DNA of 64,000 bases from Klebsormidium nitens. Its lineage: Eukaryota > Plantae > Klebsormidiophyceae. This document shows, in pieces, positions 13,798 through 25,900 of the stretch. The notes beneath the pieces are model-generated. The model saw nothing but the letters and a program-made list of their open reading frames with translations. It searched no databases and was not told the DNA's origin. The stretch covers positions 203,612 through 267,611 of the forward strand of contig DF237004.1 of assembly GCA_000708835.1 (NCBI GenBank), written 5' to 3'. Position 1 is the stretch's first letter. Each line of letters opens with the position of its first letter. The position numbers were made by a program, and so were the translations under genes.

Positions 13798-16700
13798 CTA
13801 GACGGTGCCTTTGTACGTGCTCACAAGCTGGGCATGGCTGGCCAGCTCTCCTTGGGCGAGCTGCGCGCTTTTGTCTTCTCAATGGAGCAAGTGGAGGCAG
13901 AAGTGCAGGTACGTTTTAACTCTCGGAAGCGTCCAATTCGTCCTAGTCATACTTCATTTCTGATCGCTGTTGTCCCAGAGTCCTCACCATTGGCAGTTGT
14001 CGCTTAGCAAGCGCTTGTGATTATGAAATACAGATCTCTTTCAATACCTACCATCAGGACAAGTCAATCTGTGACGGAGCATCACTTTACCATTAGCGCT
14101 CGACGCATGAACGAGCGTCGAACTCAGCCTTTCAACGTGCAGAACGTGGGCTGGACTCAGTCATAAGAACAGATTGTCAAAAGAGAAGTTGGCGCAATGG
14201 TACCATGAAAGACTTGTCTTGTGTTCTCGATTATGTGAACAAGGATCAAGCATTCAGAACCTTCTCACCTGTCAATTGTGAGCCCCCAAAGCCCCCGGTT
14301 TTTTAACTTTGCCATATTCGTGTTCCGAAATCCTGTGAAGTACTCCAACTGATTTTCTGCTTGCTGTCTGCCTGCAGAAATGGGCCCCTCTCTTCTCGGA
14401 GGCCGCTTTGCGCCCCCAAGGACCTTCCCTCAGTATGCATCTCCCAACCATCAACACAAGCGACCAGGCGCATACTCCCACGTCCCCACTTTCGCCCAAT
14501 CCCAGCACGCCAGCTGGCTCCGCAGAGGGACCGTTTACCACCCCCCTGACAGGCCCTCTCCTCGTCCACGGCTTCCCTAGCGAAAACCTCGACTTCACCC
14601 CAGTCAGTGTGAACACCCCCAGAGCCTTTTCACACCACCCCACTCCTTTCCCTGAGCACCGGTCTGAGGACTCCGAAGAAGAGGCCATGGAAGACGAGGA
14701 CGCTCCTGAAGGGGGCCCGGTCCCCGTCTCGGGGGGTGGTTTAGAGGGGGAAGCGTCCCCCATGCCGCCGACGCCGAGCATGCCCTCACCCCCCCGCTGC
14801 TGCTTTGTCCTCAAGAACCGGGACAGCAATGCAAGCAGCAGTAGCTTCACAATGACCCCGTCGAGCGCGTCTCCCCGAACCCCAGTCTCTTTCCAGAGAG
14901 GCCCTCTTTCGGCAATGGGACACAATCAGGTGGCTGAGAACCAGCGCGTGGGGCTGGCTTCACAAGGCCTCTTGAGCAAAGGGGAGGGAAAGAGGGGAGC
15001 GAGGGCTGGGGATGAGTTGGAAGACCAGGAGAATCAAGGCCCTGTTGGGGCGCTGGGCGACTTTGGGCTGGAGCGCCAGCCTGGTAAGGAAGGACTCCAC
15101 AAGGCCCCTCTTGGAAAGGTTCCGAATAAAAGTGGAACTGGTTCGTTTCTGTTGCATCACGCTGGACCAGTCTAGGCACGAAGCTTGTCATTGAAAGCAG
15201 CTTGATGGACTGCAGTGTCGATAAAACTCCAGCTGCAAAGCCTTGAGTTCACCATCCGCTGGATCGTATCGCTTGATTACATCAGGTGACGTTAGCGAAA
15301 CTCCCTCCGAGTCTGATCCTCAAAAGTTATGCCCTGGTGCAGCGCTCGTCGAACCAACACACAACTGGGCGCAGGCGAGCCTCCAGCGCGCTCGCAGCAT
15401 GGGGGGGATGCACACAGGGCCTGCACCCAGCCCATTCCGCACCCCTGGTGAGCAATGTTCGCCAAATGAATTGCTAGATTGACTTGCACCCTGCTTTCGT
15501 TTCACACTTTGTTGCTTGCATTGCGATGCCAGTCGAGTCCATGTGTAAAGGGTTTGTGAACTGGAGGTAGTTAGGCTCAACCGAAAACGCGCGAAGCCCA
15601 GAGTCTGAGTTTGCTCGGCAGTATGGGAGAGTTCGGCCGTTCAATGCGACACACTTCTGCGATAAGTACGTTCTCGTACCTGTAATTCTCCGCGTATTCT
15701 TTGCTCTCACTCGGGACCAGTGCTTGCTTTGTGCGCATGATGATCAATACGTCCACCTTGGCATAAGATCGAAGAGGGCGTCTGGATACTGGTCTCCCCT
15801 CCGGTACTCTGGCAACTCTTATGTGACTTTAGAGGCGTGTGACTTCGAATAGGCGCCCGGGAGACGGGTGGGGTAGGTAAGGTGGTTAGGGTGGGTTGGG
15901 GTCTGGAGCGGGTACTTATTTTGGTTAGGTTTTTGAGATTACGTGCCCGGGTAAGTCGAATGTTAGGTCACACGCCCGTCAGGTCACACGAGAATTGCCA
16001 ATATCCCTCCGGTCATGTATCTGGCAAACCTGTACACCCATTCTGAACACCTTTACACCCCTGTACTCGCCATTGTGCGGCCAGGTCCTACAGATTTGCA
16101 ATCACCGATGAGGTCCCACCGACAAACGAGAATTACGAGGGGAAAAGGAAGATTGAAAAGGGGTTTACTGAAAGCTTTCAACCCTGCGACTACGGTGCGG
16201 CCTCCAAACGGACTCACTAAGTAACCCCAGCAGGCCGTTCGATCTATTCAAATCGGACGAAGATGAGTATTGTTTCTGATTTCGATCCTCCTCATTCCAG
16301 GTGTCACTCGCCTTATGCGGCTGTCGCCCGGCGGCCCTTCCCCCGTCTCCCCCGTCCAGAACCTCTCCTTCGACTCCCCGGCAACTTTCGCCACGTGGCA
16401 GAAGAAGACCCGCCCACGCGCCGGACAGGCCCCCAGAGACGTTTCGGACGGTTCCCCCAATCTCCGGACGCCCGAAATGGACAGCCCGCCCGCTACCACT
16501 GAGCTGCAGGCAATGGCGGGTCCGGACTTTGAGGCGACGTCACCCCCAATCAGAGGGCAAAGTTTCGGGCCCTCTGGAAAGGACCGGACGTTCTTGGACG
16601 ACCGCGCGATGTCGGACGCCGAACGGCTCGGACGGGTGGAGCAGCTTCTGCGGGGGGGGGTCGAGGACTCGGACGGAGAGCCCGCGAACCCGTTCGACTT

Positions 16701-18867
16701 TCCGGAGCGATTTGCGCCTGTGGGCGATTTGGGGCTGACGGACCACAGCCCGGCAAAGGCTCCCGCGCGCCCCGGCGAGTGGGTCGGGCGCAAAACCGTC
16801 GACGTGGCAGAGGTGATGCGGGGCGATGACGTGGCAGCGTGCGATTGGAAGGACGGCGTGGCGGCCCTGCGGGACCTCCACGTGTCCAAGTCCGCGACGC
16901 TGCCACATGTCATTGATCCGTTGGAGGTCGACGTCAGGCCGGACTTTGAGCCGTTGGATGGGGCCGCTGCTCTGCTGTCGAAAAAGGGGTTTGAGACACG
17001 GGGTTCAGGGTTTCTGCGGGAGGAGGATTTCGGCCTAGAGGGATCCCCCGGCTGGATGGACGGCCGGGCGGCGCTCAAAGCGTATGGCTTGGATACGCCC
17101 GGGGGCCCCAAGGCCAATCCCTCCCGGTTAGGTGAATCGAGCGCCAAACTTGAAGCCCGTTCGCCCCTGAAAAGCTCACCGGTTGGCAGCCCCCGCGCAA
17201 CGTGGCAGCAAACAAAGTCGAAGACGGTCGGAGAGTGGGTGAACACGAGCGCTGTCACCACCCCGGGGGGGGTAGGTTCGCCTGGGGAAGAGACCCCCGG
17301 GCGCTTGCTGCCGCCCTGGGGAGTCAGGACCAGCGACGGGAAGGCGCACCGGAGGAGTCGCAGCCATGACCTGGGCGGGAATGGCACCCCGAGGAGCGAC
17401 CTCGGGTTCTACAGCCCCCGGGGTCCCAAGAAAGGGGAGTGGGCGCCAAGGAATGCTAAGGGTGAGAGGTTCGGCGAAGCATTTGCTCTTCAAATCTGGT
17501 GAATGTCTCCAGACTGTTCGTGGCTGAAGCTTAGCGAGCATTAGATACAAAAATTGCAGAATCTGCAGTTAGACATCAAGCTAGCATACTTCGCAACTGA
17601 ACCGGACTTTGAAGTCTGGACAGGACAGTATCAGCTACGGGAACGGCTCCAGCACTTCATACCGGTGACGACGACACGCAATCTTAGCAGAGGCTCGAGA
17701 GATGCCCAAACCAGCCGAGTTTTCCAGTCTTAACCATCCAGTGGCATTTACTGAGTTCCGTTCGGCTCCAGATCCCGCACTCGACGAGGCTGACGTCATC
17801 AATGACGGCAAAGAGAACATCAACCCCAACGTGGGCGCCGCGGCCCCCGCTCCCTCCGGTCTGGACCTCTCCGCCTTTCCCCCGGTGTTTCGTACCGGGG
17901 AGGCTGCCCAACAACTGCTCACGGTACGCTTGACAGCCCCTGTATTCGTACAGTTGGAAAGCCTTTTAAATGTTTGGCTTCTTGCTTTTTGCTAGTAGTT
18001 GGGTTGTAACCAGCCCTCTAATACGTGGATAATTTCGACTTGCAAATCACTGTCAATCTCGGTCCGCAAGGTACTTGCATGGAATTGACGATCAGCCAAT
18101 ACAACAGCCCAACGAAGACCTATGCTACATTTGCAACCGGATACCGTGCAAAAGTATGGAACGACACCTTCGAGCTTGCCAACTGCGAGCTGTTGTAGAG
18201 CAAACTCGCACTGCTACAATTTATCGGCGCTGATGGAAGATCATTCCCGTTGCCAGGTGTTCCAGCAGTTCGCGCCTCCAGAAGCCCCTGAGGGCGGAAC
18301 GCCGACAAGGAGAAACGGCTCCTTGGTAAGCATCGACCGAGCGTTACCGTCTTAGGCACAATCGCGAGCCACACTGCCTCGTACAGAGGCGGAAAGTCTC
18401 TCCACAGCTCGCTGCGCGCATGGTATTTATGCAAAGCTCTGCATATGATTCCAGAGCAGGCCTTTATTCGGCCCTCACGTATCTGGACTCTTGTTGCGTG
18501 ATTCCTGGAGGGAGCTTTTTCGCCTGAACTTCGATTGGCTCCTCAATAGTGTTTGAATATTCTGCCACTGAATTAGTAATTTACTAGCTTAATAGGTTCA
18601 GGATTTGGGTTCTCTATCAGCACGCGCCCGTGGCAGTGGTTGATTAACCCTGACGTGACCCGTCGAAACTTGCCTGAAGTTCCAGGCCCCTCTGCTGCAA
18701 GAGATGACACTTCCTCTTGCATTCCGCAGTCTTTGTCGGAACTGGACGGTCTGCTTATGGGCTACGGAACTGAGCGCCTGTCCCTGCTGCTGGACTTGCT
18801 CGCCTCCCGGGGGGCCCTCCAGCCCTTCGTCGTGGGCCGCCAGATGCGCTGGGAAAGACCCCCCTGA
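13798..18867 (+). CDS. Hypothetical multi-exon protein with a long Ser/Thr-Pro-rich, probably disordered region; 5' end not resolved
   Basis: Phase-consistent GT-AG joins link exons ~13798-13909 (LDGAFVRAHKLGMAGQLSLGELRAFVFSMEQVEAEVQ), 14378-~15082, ~15286-15448, ~16300-17461 and 17691-~17922. A probable last exon (FSISTRPWQWLINPDV..RWERPP*) ends at 18867; the joins between 17922 and 18600 are not resolved. No family recognised. Confidence 0.5.
15806..16004. mobile_element. MITE-like non-autonomous element (imperfect terminal inverted repeats, 9-bp target-site duplication) in an intron
   Basis: 15810-15843 and 15967-16000 are inverted repeats (27/34 identity). An exact 9-bp direct repeat ccctccggt flanks the element at 15797-15805 and 16005-16013. 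The core is G-rich. Confidence 0.6.
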
Positions 18868-20132
18868 AACGTCAGCCGTCGCTCTGAGGAAGGACCTTTT
18901 GTCTTGGGACCCGGAGACGGCATGGGCCTGCATCAGTCCGTTGAAAGTGGTTTATATAGCCCGAAGATGCTTGGAAAGCTCGGGGAGAACGAGTACATGT
19001 CGCAAAATGATCCATCATTAGCTGGTCGTGAAAGTCCGTCAGAGTCGGTCGTTGCACGGAGTACTACTCCGTTGTCCTAACCGTACAATAGCATCTGTGT
19101 ACATTCATACGTGTATCCTGCAGACTACCTACTTATGTAGGAAAGGCGACTAACATCCGTTGACTCGTGGTGTGTACGTAGCTTCACAATACTTTCTTGA
19201 GTTCGTAAGTAATGATGCAGTTCTATGTGGTAGATCCGAAAGGAAGCAGCTAGGTTGAAAGTCTTCATTGCTAAACTTGAAGAAGATCTGAAACAGTCCC
19301 CTGATCCATGCATTCTGCATTCTTGCTGAAGCACCAAACCAAGGCAGACGTTTTCCGCTTGTCCACTAAGAAACCTATCAGCATGGGGCTCTAAGTTGCC
19401 AGATCCAGTGCTTAACAAACTTTGACAACGTTTCATTAATTGGTCAAGACACTCGGCCCGGGCTGTCATTGCCGCCCCGTCATGGCTTGATGCACGGTCA
19501 GTCATGCAAACCTTGTTGGAATGCCGAATTTATAAGCCGCTGCAAGGTATACCGTCAATAACAATAAGTAACATGCAAAACCGGAAAATTACGGATAATT
19601 GCGAATTACACATCCTGCAAAACGCTTTGATATGTGCATTTGCAAAAAGAACGAGAGGATTCGCGTTGAGGAGCTCGCTTTCCCTGAGCTCATCATGCTG
19701 GCATGAATGGCGTACGGTGTACGTCGATATCACAGATGAACTCTTTGAGATCTGTCAGCCGGTTTTGGGGTTCATTAGCGCGTTCATGATGCAGGCAGCA
19801 TGCGTCCGTTGTAATTTCTACCGTCGCGCACAACTACAGCGATCGGTTTGCCTCATAATAAGTACGATTTTGGCAGAGTTAAGTCTTTGGTCTGGTCTCC
19901 TTAACATAAATATGAAGTACTATGCTGAACTGGATAAACGGATAACGGCGTCATGGCATGTGATCTTTTACAACGCCAAGTGCCATGTCGGGTCGCAGAA
20001 CTCAAAGATAGACGATGATCTCTAGCAGCACATGCACTGGTCCGCTGAGCTTTTACGAAGGTTTGGCTCAGTGAGATCAGGCCAGCCTTGGTCGACGGGA
20101 GCTATGTCTCAACGAGAGCTGCGGAAGACGCG

Positions 20133-21008
20133 CTAAGGCGTCAGCTCGTAAGACCGAATCTTGAACCTCTTCTCGTTGGCTAACTTGTGAAGCCGCTTCC
20201 ACTTACACCACAGCTCCTTGTCGTAGCGCAGCTCCTTGACGTCCCTCACAAACTCGATCGGACCGTGCACCTGCGCCTCGATCAGAAAGTTGATCCTCGG
20301 ATCGGACGTCGGTGCGTACCAATTCCGCTCCACCAGGCAGCGGATCTCCTCGTCCGTGAAGCGCACCAGAACGTGCGCGAGGTGCTCGCAGGTAGCGACC
20401 GTTTGCGCGAGGTCCTCCGTGGACGGGCCGTAGGTGAAGGTGCAGCGCGCGCGGACTTGCGCTTTCAGCTCGAAGTAGCAGTCTCCGAAATCGCGCGCGG
20501 TTCCCCCGGGCATGTTGTACAGGTTCACCGAGCCGTATTTTGGGCGTTCTCCGGGGGCTGTCTCTCCGTCGTACTGGCCCGCAAAGAGCGTCCGTTCCTT
20601 CTCCTCTCGCTGCGCCGTGTTCGACGCTGTAACTTCCGTCTCGAACACGCTGCGACAGTGGCTGTCCGCGAGGAAAGCGTCCAGGACCGTCCGGTAAAAA
20701 CAACACCCAGGTTCTATCGGCAGAAAGGGGTCGAAGTGGATGATGATAGGAGCCGCATCCCGCAGATACTTCAACACAGTTTGTAGCACGTCCTTGTCGT
20801 ACCCGAGTCTTTGGAAGTTTTGCGCGAGTCGTGGGAGAGCGGCGTTGGATGCTTCCTTGGCGCGCGCGCGCGCCCCGCTCATCACCCTCGCCTGGGTGGG
20901 GGAAAGGCTGCTCTCGCCGTTTGGCTCAAGCTCGGGTCCCTTGGTTCCGTCCGACGGTTCGTTTCCGTCTGGCATCGTACCCCTCAAACAGCTGAGAAAG
21001 CAACCCAT
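20133..21008 (-). CDS. DUF3626-like protein, intronless, 291 aa, predicted N-myristoylated/S-acylated
   Basis: The ORF has IIIHFDP, RSVFET, ERPKYGSVN, GTARDFGDCYFELK, RCTFTYGPS and LIEAQVHG, matching my recollection of the bacterial DUF3626 consensus. It starts MGCFLSC. Codon usage is GC3-rich, and a second degraded copy lies in the window. Confidence 0.78.
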   Translation of the reverse strand: MGCFLSCLRGTMPDGNEPSDGTKGPELEPNGESSLSPTQARVMSGARARAKEASNAALPRLAQNFQRLGYDKDVLQTVLKYLRDAAPIIIHFDPFLPIEPGCCFYRTVLDAFLADSHCRSVFETEVTASNTAQREEKERTLFAGQYDGETAPGERPKYGSVNLYNMPGGTARDFGDCYFELKAQVRARCTFTYGPSTEDLAQTVATCEHLAHVLVRFTDEEIRCLVERNWYAPTSDPRINFLIEAQVHGPIEFVRDVKELRYDKELWCKWKRLHKLANEKRFKIRSYELTP

Positions 21009-22925
21009 CTTACCAGCGAAAACGGAGCACCAGTATTATCCCCGTTCTAAGAGTTGCTCCCTGTGCGGAGTTGTTTGGCAGATTCGCGGCGTCTCAGGAG
21101 AGTGCCATGCCTGCGGAAGTGCCATACATGTGCGTTAGAATCTGCAGAACGGCAGAACGGTGCAACGGAACAGCGCTTGTTTTTTATGGTAGGCACAGTC
21201 TTGACACATATCTCCCGACAGCGAGACACGAGTCCGTCTGTCGGCCTGCCTCAAGCGTTACCGAGCTGGTGACCGTCGATTTTTCTAGGCCTATGGTTCT
21301 AACAGATCCCAGAAAGGCTCAAGGAGGAGGAGATTTTCTTCCTGGAAGCTGGTTTGGATACCACAAAAGAAGTCAAGCGCCGACCTCAATCCTCAGCTTC
21401 TTTGAAAGGGCCTCATCACAGAAACCAAAAGGATGCACATCGAAAGCTGATGGTCAAGATCTGCAATTGTCTAATCTTTGGAAGGTTATTGCTGCTCCCA
21501 ACTGATCAGCTCACTCGTGCATAATTTGCTTTCGCACGATATGAACCGAACCACATAAGCCTTCAAAAGAAGCCGTGAAGTAACTGATGTTCCCTTTTGA
21601 GGCATGAATAATTGGCACAAGGACCAATCTTGCCATCTCGAGATATTACCTTCGCTATTTGGTCACAGGGCTCTTTTTAGTTGTAGAAAAGCTTGATCGA
21701 CAATTCGTTTCAGAGGTTGTCATTCAGAAAGGGCTGGTTGTCCAACTCTTCGTACTGGTTGACACTGACAAGCCAAAGCACTTGAATCGACCGAAAGACG
21801 TTCGTCCCTGAGTTGTGAGAAATTCACAGGAAGTCAGATTCTTTGACGATGCTCACCGTGATTCTTTACTCTGATCTGCATATTCCTTACGTTACATGAC
21901 ACACCGGATTCTGTTCTGTTTTCGCTCCATAGTATCAGCCTTCTTGTCCCACCCGCCCAACTAGGGAGCAGAGATCAACACGCATCTCTTCGAGCTCTCC
22001 TCTGTGATACATGTGAACAAAAGCTTTGAATATCGTTGCTGCAAGTCACGTTCAAAAATCTACTTCCCCAGTCTGTAGATCCTCGTTGAAGGACGCCTTA
22101 CTCGGAATTCTAGATCTTTCTGAGCAGCCTCTGTCTGGGGCGGCTGCACTAATCATGATTATACTCGAATATAAAGTCAGGGACAGGGTCGAGTGCCTCT
22201 ACGTTGAGGAGCATCAAGCGTCGGCGGCCGCACACTGGCGCAGTGTAAGCCGTCGAAAAGCGGCCGCCCGCGATTGTTGCAGACGTCCGATCCGTGCGGA
22301 GCTGAGATTTCCGCCGTCCGATGAATCTCATCGACGGTCGAAGAGAATGGGTCCGGGGTTTCGGTATTGACTGCATCAAACTCTTTTCCTGGCGCGAGTT
22401 TAGGACTTTCGTGCTTTCCAAATTAAGATTAAGTCTGCAAGATTTTGTGCATTTCGATTGGATTTTGCAAAGAGGATTTGCGACAGGGGAAGTTCTTCCC
22501 AGTACTCCTCGCAAGCGAATCCGCTGTGAGCTATTCTGTTGCAGAAGAAGGCTGGCCTTCTTGTACGCCAACCTTTTCAGCTCTTTGCGGCAGGAACAAA
22601 GTAATCAAAGTTATAAAAAGATGCGCCTGCAGGTGTGCTTTCGCAGGCTCTATCGCCGGAGGTGAAAAGAGAAACAAGACTGAAGCCATGAGGTGATCAG
22701 CCCGGCTAGCAAGACAAAGCAACCATCGACAGCTTAAATCATCATCGATGAGCAGCTTTCAAGCAGAATCCAAATGAAAACTGCGAGCACTGATTGACCA
22801 CTGTAGATAGAATTGCCAAAATAGTGATATTTCGAAATAGTAAGAGGCAGGGGAGCCTAAGGTCTTCGGAGATAGCGTAAAGAGAGTCTCAAAAAAAATT
22901 TGAGCTTGAACTCCTCAAGTTCAAA

Positions 22926-25900
22926 ATGACGTCTGGCCCCTCTATTTCTAGCAGTGCTCTGCCGTCAGTGCTTGGCTTGCTGTTCCTGAGCCTCCTCTTG
23001 GGCGCATGCATTCCATCCAGTAGCGCGTTTTATCTTCCTGGATTGCACCCCACTGTGTTCCAACCTGAGGACATCATCCCCATGAAGACCAGTCGTGTTG
23101 CATCTACAAAGAGTCACATGGATTACGGTGAGCTTGGACCAAATGCTTGCTGGCATAGTGACAAAAAATCAGCTACTTTGCATGTAATCTTCTGTTCGCT
23201 TAACGCAGCAGGCAGGCTTTTTCCTTGATCTCGGTTTTCTAATCAAAGGATGTAATGTGCCTGGTTCTGTTAAGGTCTGTTCTTTAAAGATCTGGCAACC
23301 TGTTGTAGCTGACTGCTCTGCAGATCTTAAGAATGCTTGCAGAGCAAAGTGACCTTGGTATTGATAAATCACAAAATAAAAATGATATTTTTCCTGTCCT
23401 AAGCAAACCCTCGTTCGAAGAATCTCACCACCGCTTCATGTCTATTGTGCAGACTTGTACGATATGCCATTCTGTCAGCCTCCTAGCGCGGTCGAAAACC
23501 TGGCTGATCTCGCAGAATCGGCAATTGGTGAAAGCTACTATTCTGCACCATTCGAATCGAGAGCACTCAAAAATGAGAGTTGCAAGCTACTTTGTATTGC
23601 GCCAGAATTTGCGGACCAGGGAGAGCCTTCCCAGCTGTTTCTAAGTCTCGTCAAGCGAGGAGGATTCCTCGCTAGGCTAAGAGTTGACGGTAAGTATATC
23701 TTTCGTCTGAAGGCGTTTTTGACTAATGCCTCTGTGTTGGACTGGTGCCTGAGATGCATCAGTGGCTGTCTTGAAAAATACAGAGTCCATGATCTCTTGT
23801 AGAAGCAGATTTTATTCTCCCCTAGGCTTTCAAGATGAGCCGGGCCTTTGCTTCAAGAGCTGAATCGGTTGGTCCTGGTTGTGGCAGGTCTACCGGCACT
23901 TCACGTCACGCAGGTACCAAGTTCGTCGGCCTCCCCAGGCAATCCCGAATTGGCACAAGTGCTGAAAGGAGACGGGTACCCGATCGGTTTCCATGACGTG
24001 GACGATTTCTATGTCAACAATCACGTGAGTTGTTTGCTAGACCATGAAGCTGCCCGAGACACACTTCAGATGGTGTCTGTTAGTCACCTTATGCAGCCGC
24101 TACTGTAGGTTGCAACAATCTGCACTCTGGATCTGGTCTCTCAAAGTATGGTGGGACTTCAAGCATCTGTGCAAGTATTTAACACAGAAGTGGTTATGGT
24201 TGAAGGCCGTTGTGATTGACATGCCGACACTGCACCCTGTTAGAGTTAGAGGTCAAGCTTCAGAGCACCTTCCTCTGGCATGCAAAAGTGCCACAATCGA
24301 AATTCGTGCAAACCCCTCACGAAATTTCCCATATTTAAGGCATTCAATCCTCCGCAGATCACGTTCTACATCGACTACCACCCGATAGAACCAAAGACAG
24401 ACGAAGAGCCAGTAAAAGCACGACTGGTCAGCATTTACATCACTCCAGCGAGTGTTCAGACAGCCGCTGGTGACATCCAGTCCTGTGAAGCTCCTCTGCC
24501 AGCTCAGAAGGCCGCTGGAAATGTGCTCTTCACATATAGCGTCTATTTCAGACCTTCGGCGATGGATTGGGCTTCAAGGTAAGTCCCAGAGATGAAGCCA
24601 AGTTAGACAAAAATCCTCGCGCGCATAAAGTCAGGGTTAAGCTGACTCTATTTAATTCCTGACCGACTTGCCTAGAGGACGCGGTACAGAAAGCAACTTG
24701 TGCATCTGAAATTTTTCTTTTGCAAGCATGCAACAGAAAATTTGGGGCTAAGATCTAGTCTGTAGGTTATCTATAAAGTGAACTAGGTTCATCAGTTCTT
24801 TCAAACAGCACTTTCTGAAAAGAGCATCTGGCCACACACAAATACAAATTGCAACCTTGTCATCCAGGTGGGACGCTCTTCTGGACATGCCAGAGGACGA
24901 AGCTGGCGACAGCCTCTTTTCTGTAGCCAAGGCCTCCGTCCTGTGCTTCTGCGTGACCGGGCTACTAGCTCTGGTCTTGCTCCGGACGCTTCGACGTGAC
25001 CTGGCGGCTTTCAAGGAACATTACGCCTCTATAGACAAGGAGAAGGGCTACGTCGACTCATTGGCTGAGCAAGCAAACTGGAGCTCTCTTGCTTACGATG
25101 TTTTCCGACCTCCCAAAGCTGCGAAGATGCTTGCCGTAGTGGTGAGACCACCTAGCTTCGCTCAATCTGGTATGGCCTGGTTGTCAGAATTCGTGTAACT
25201 CTCATTGAACTGTTAAATGCGAACCTTATGATATGCAGACAAGCAACTTATCCTTTTTTTCTGCGGAGAGCCCGAAGCCGTGGCCGAAGTAATTGCTCAT
25301 TTCCTGAATATGAATAAGCTGACTGTCAGAATCTATAGGCCCAGCGAAGAAGCGAGGTCATTTTCCCTGACGTGCATCTCTTCGCGACGAACTTGCCAAT
25401 CCCTTTGATGCTCGGCCGACAAACAGGGTTTTGAGGTTCCAAAGGTTGAAAAGGTTGCACAACAGCTCAAAGCATCCTTTCTGGTCCTGCAGGTCGGCAC
25501 AGGCGCTCAGCTCTTCTTCGTGGTCCTTACCCTGGTCTCGGCCGTCATCTTCGGCTTCTTCTCTCCAGTCAGGCGCGGCATGCTCATGAATGGCGCGTTC
25601 GTCGTCGTCGCTCTCTTTGGCGCGCTCGCGGGTCACTGCGCCGCGCGCACCTACAGGCTGTTCCACCGGCCCGGCGACTGGGAGACGGTCATCTTTAGAA
25701 CTGCCACTGTGTTTCCGGGGCTCTTTTTTGCGGTGCGTTATTGCGTTCACATAAACTTGATTTCAAAAAACGCAAGCGCCTCACGTCTAGAACGCGACGT
25801 CTCTTGAATCAATTCAACCAACTCAAGAAAAGAACCGTAAGGTTTGTCAAACGCTGGGATGCCACTGTGTTCGACCTTCAGCCCCGTTCGAATCCCTCAT

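Noticed and set aside
15886-15891. ttaggg as interstitial telomeric repeat
   Set aside because: Single hexamer inside the G-rich MITE core; no tandem array.
16248-17387. 379-aa minus-strand ORF
   Set aside because: Antisense shadow of the GC-rich plus-strand exon 16300-17461, which has phase-consistent splice sites; no motifs of its own.
19125-20025. 126-aa and 173-aa ORFs downstream of the DUF3626-like gene
   Set aside because: No recognisable motifs, AT-rich codon usage unlike real exons here, and no splice-consistent model.
20187-20786. 199-aa plus-strand ORF and other overlapping ORFs
   Set aside because: Shadows of the DUF3626-like gene; only the minus-strand frame is conserved in the paralogous pseudogene.
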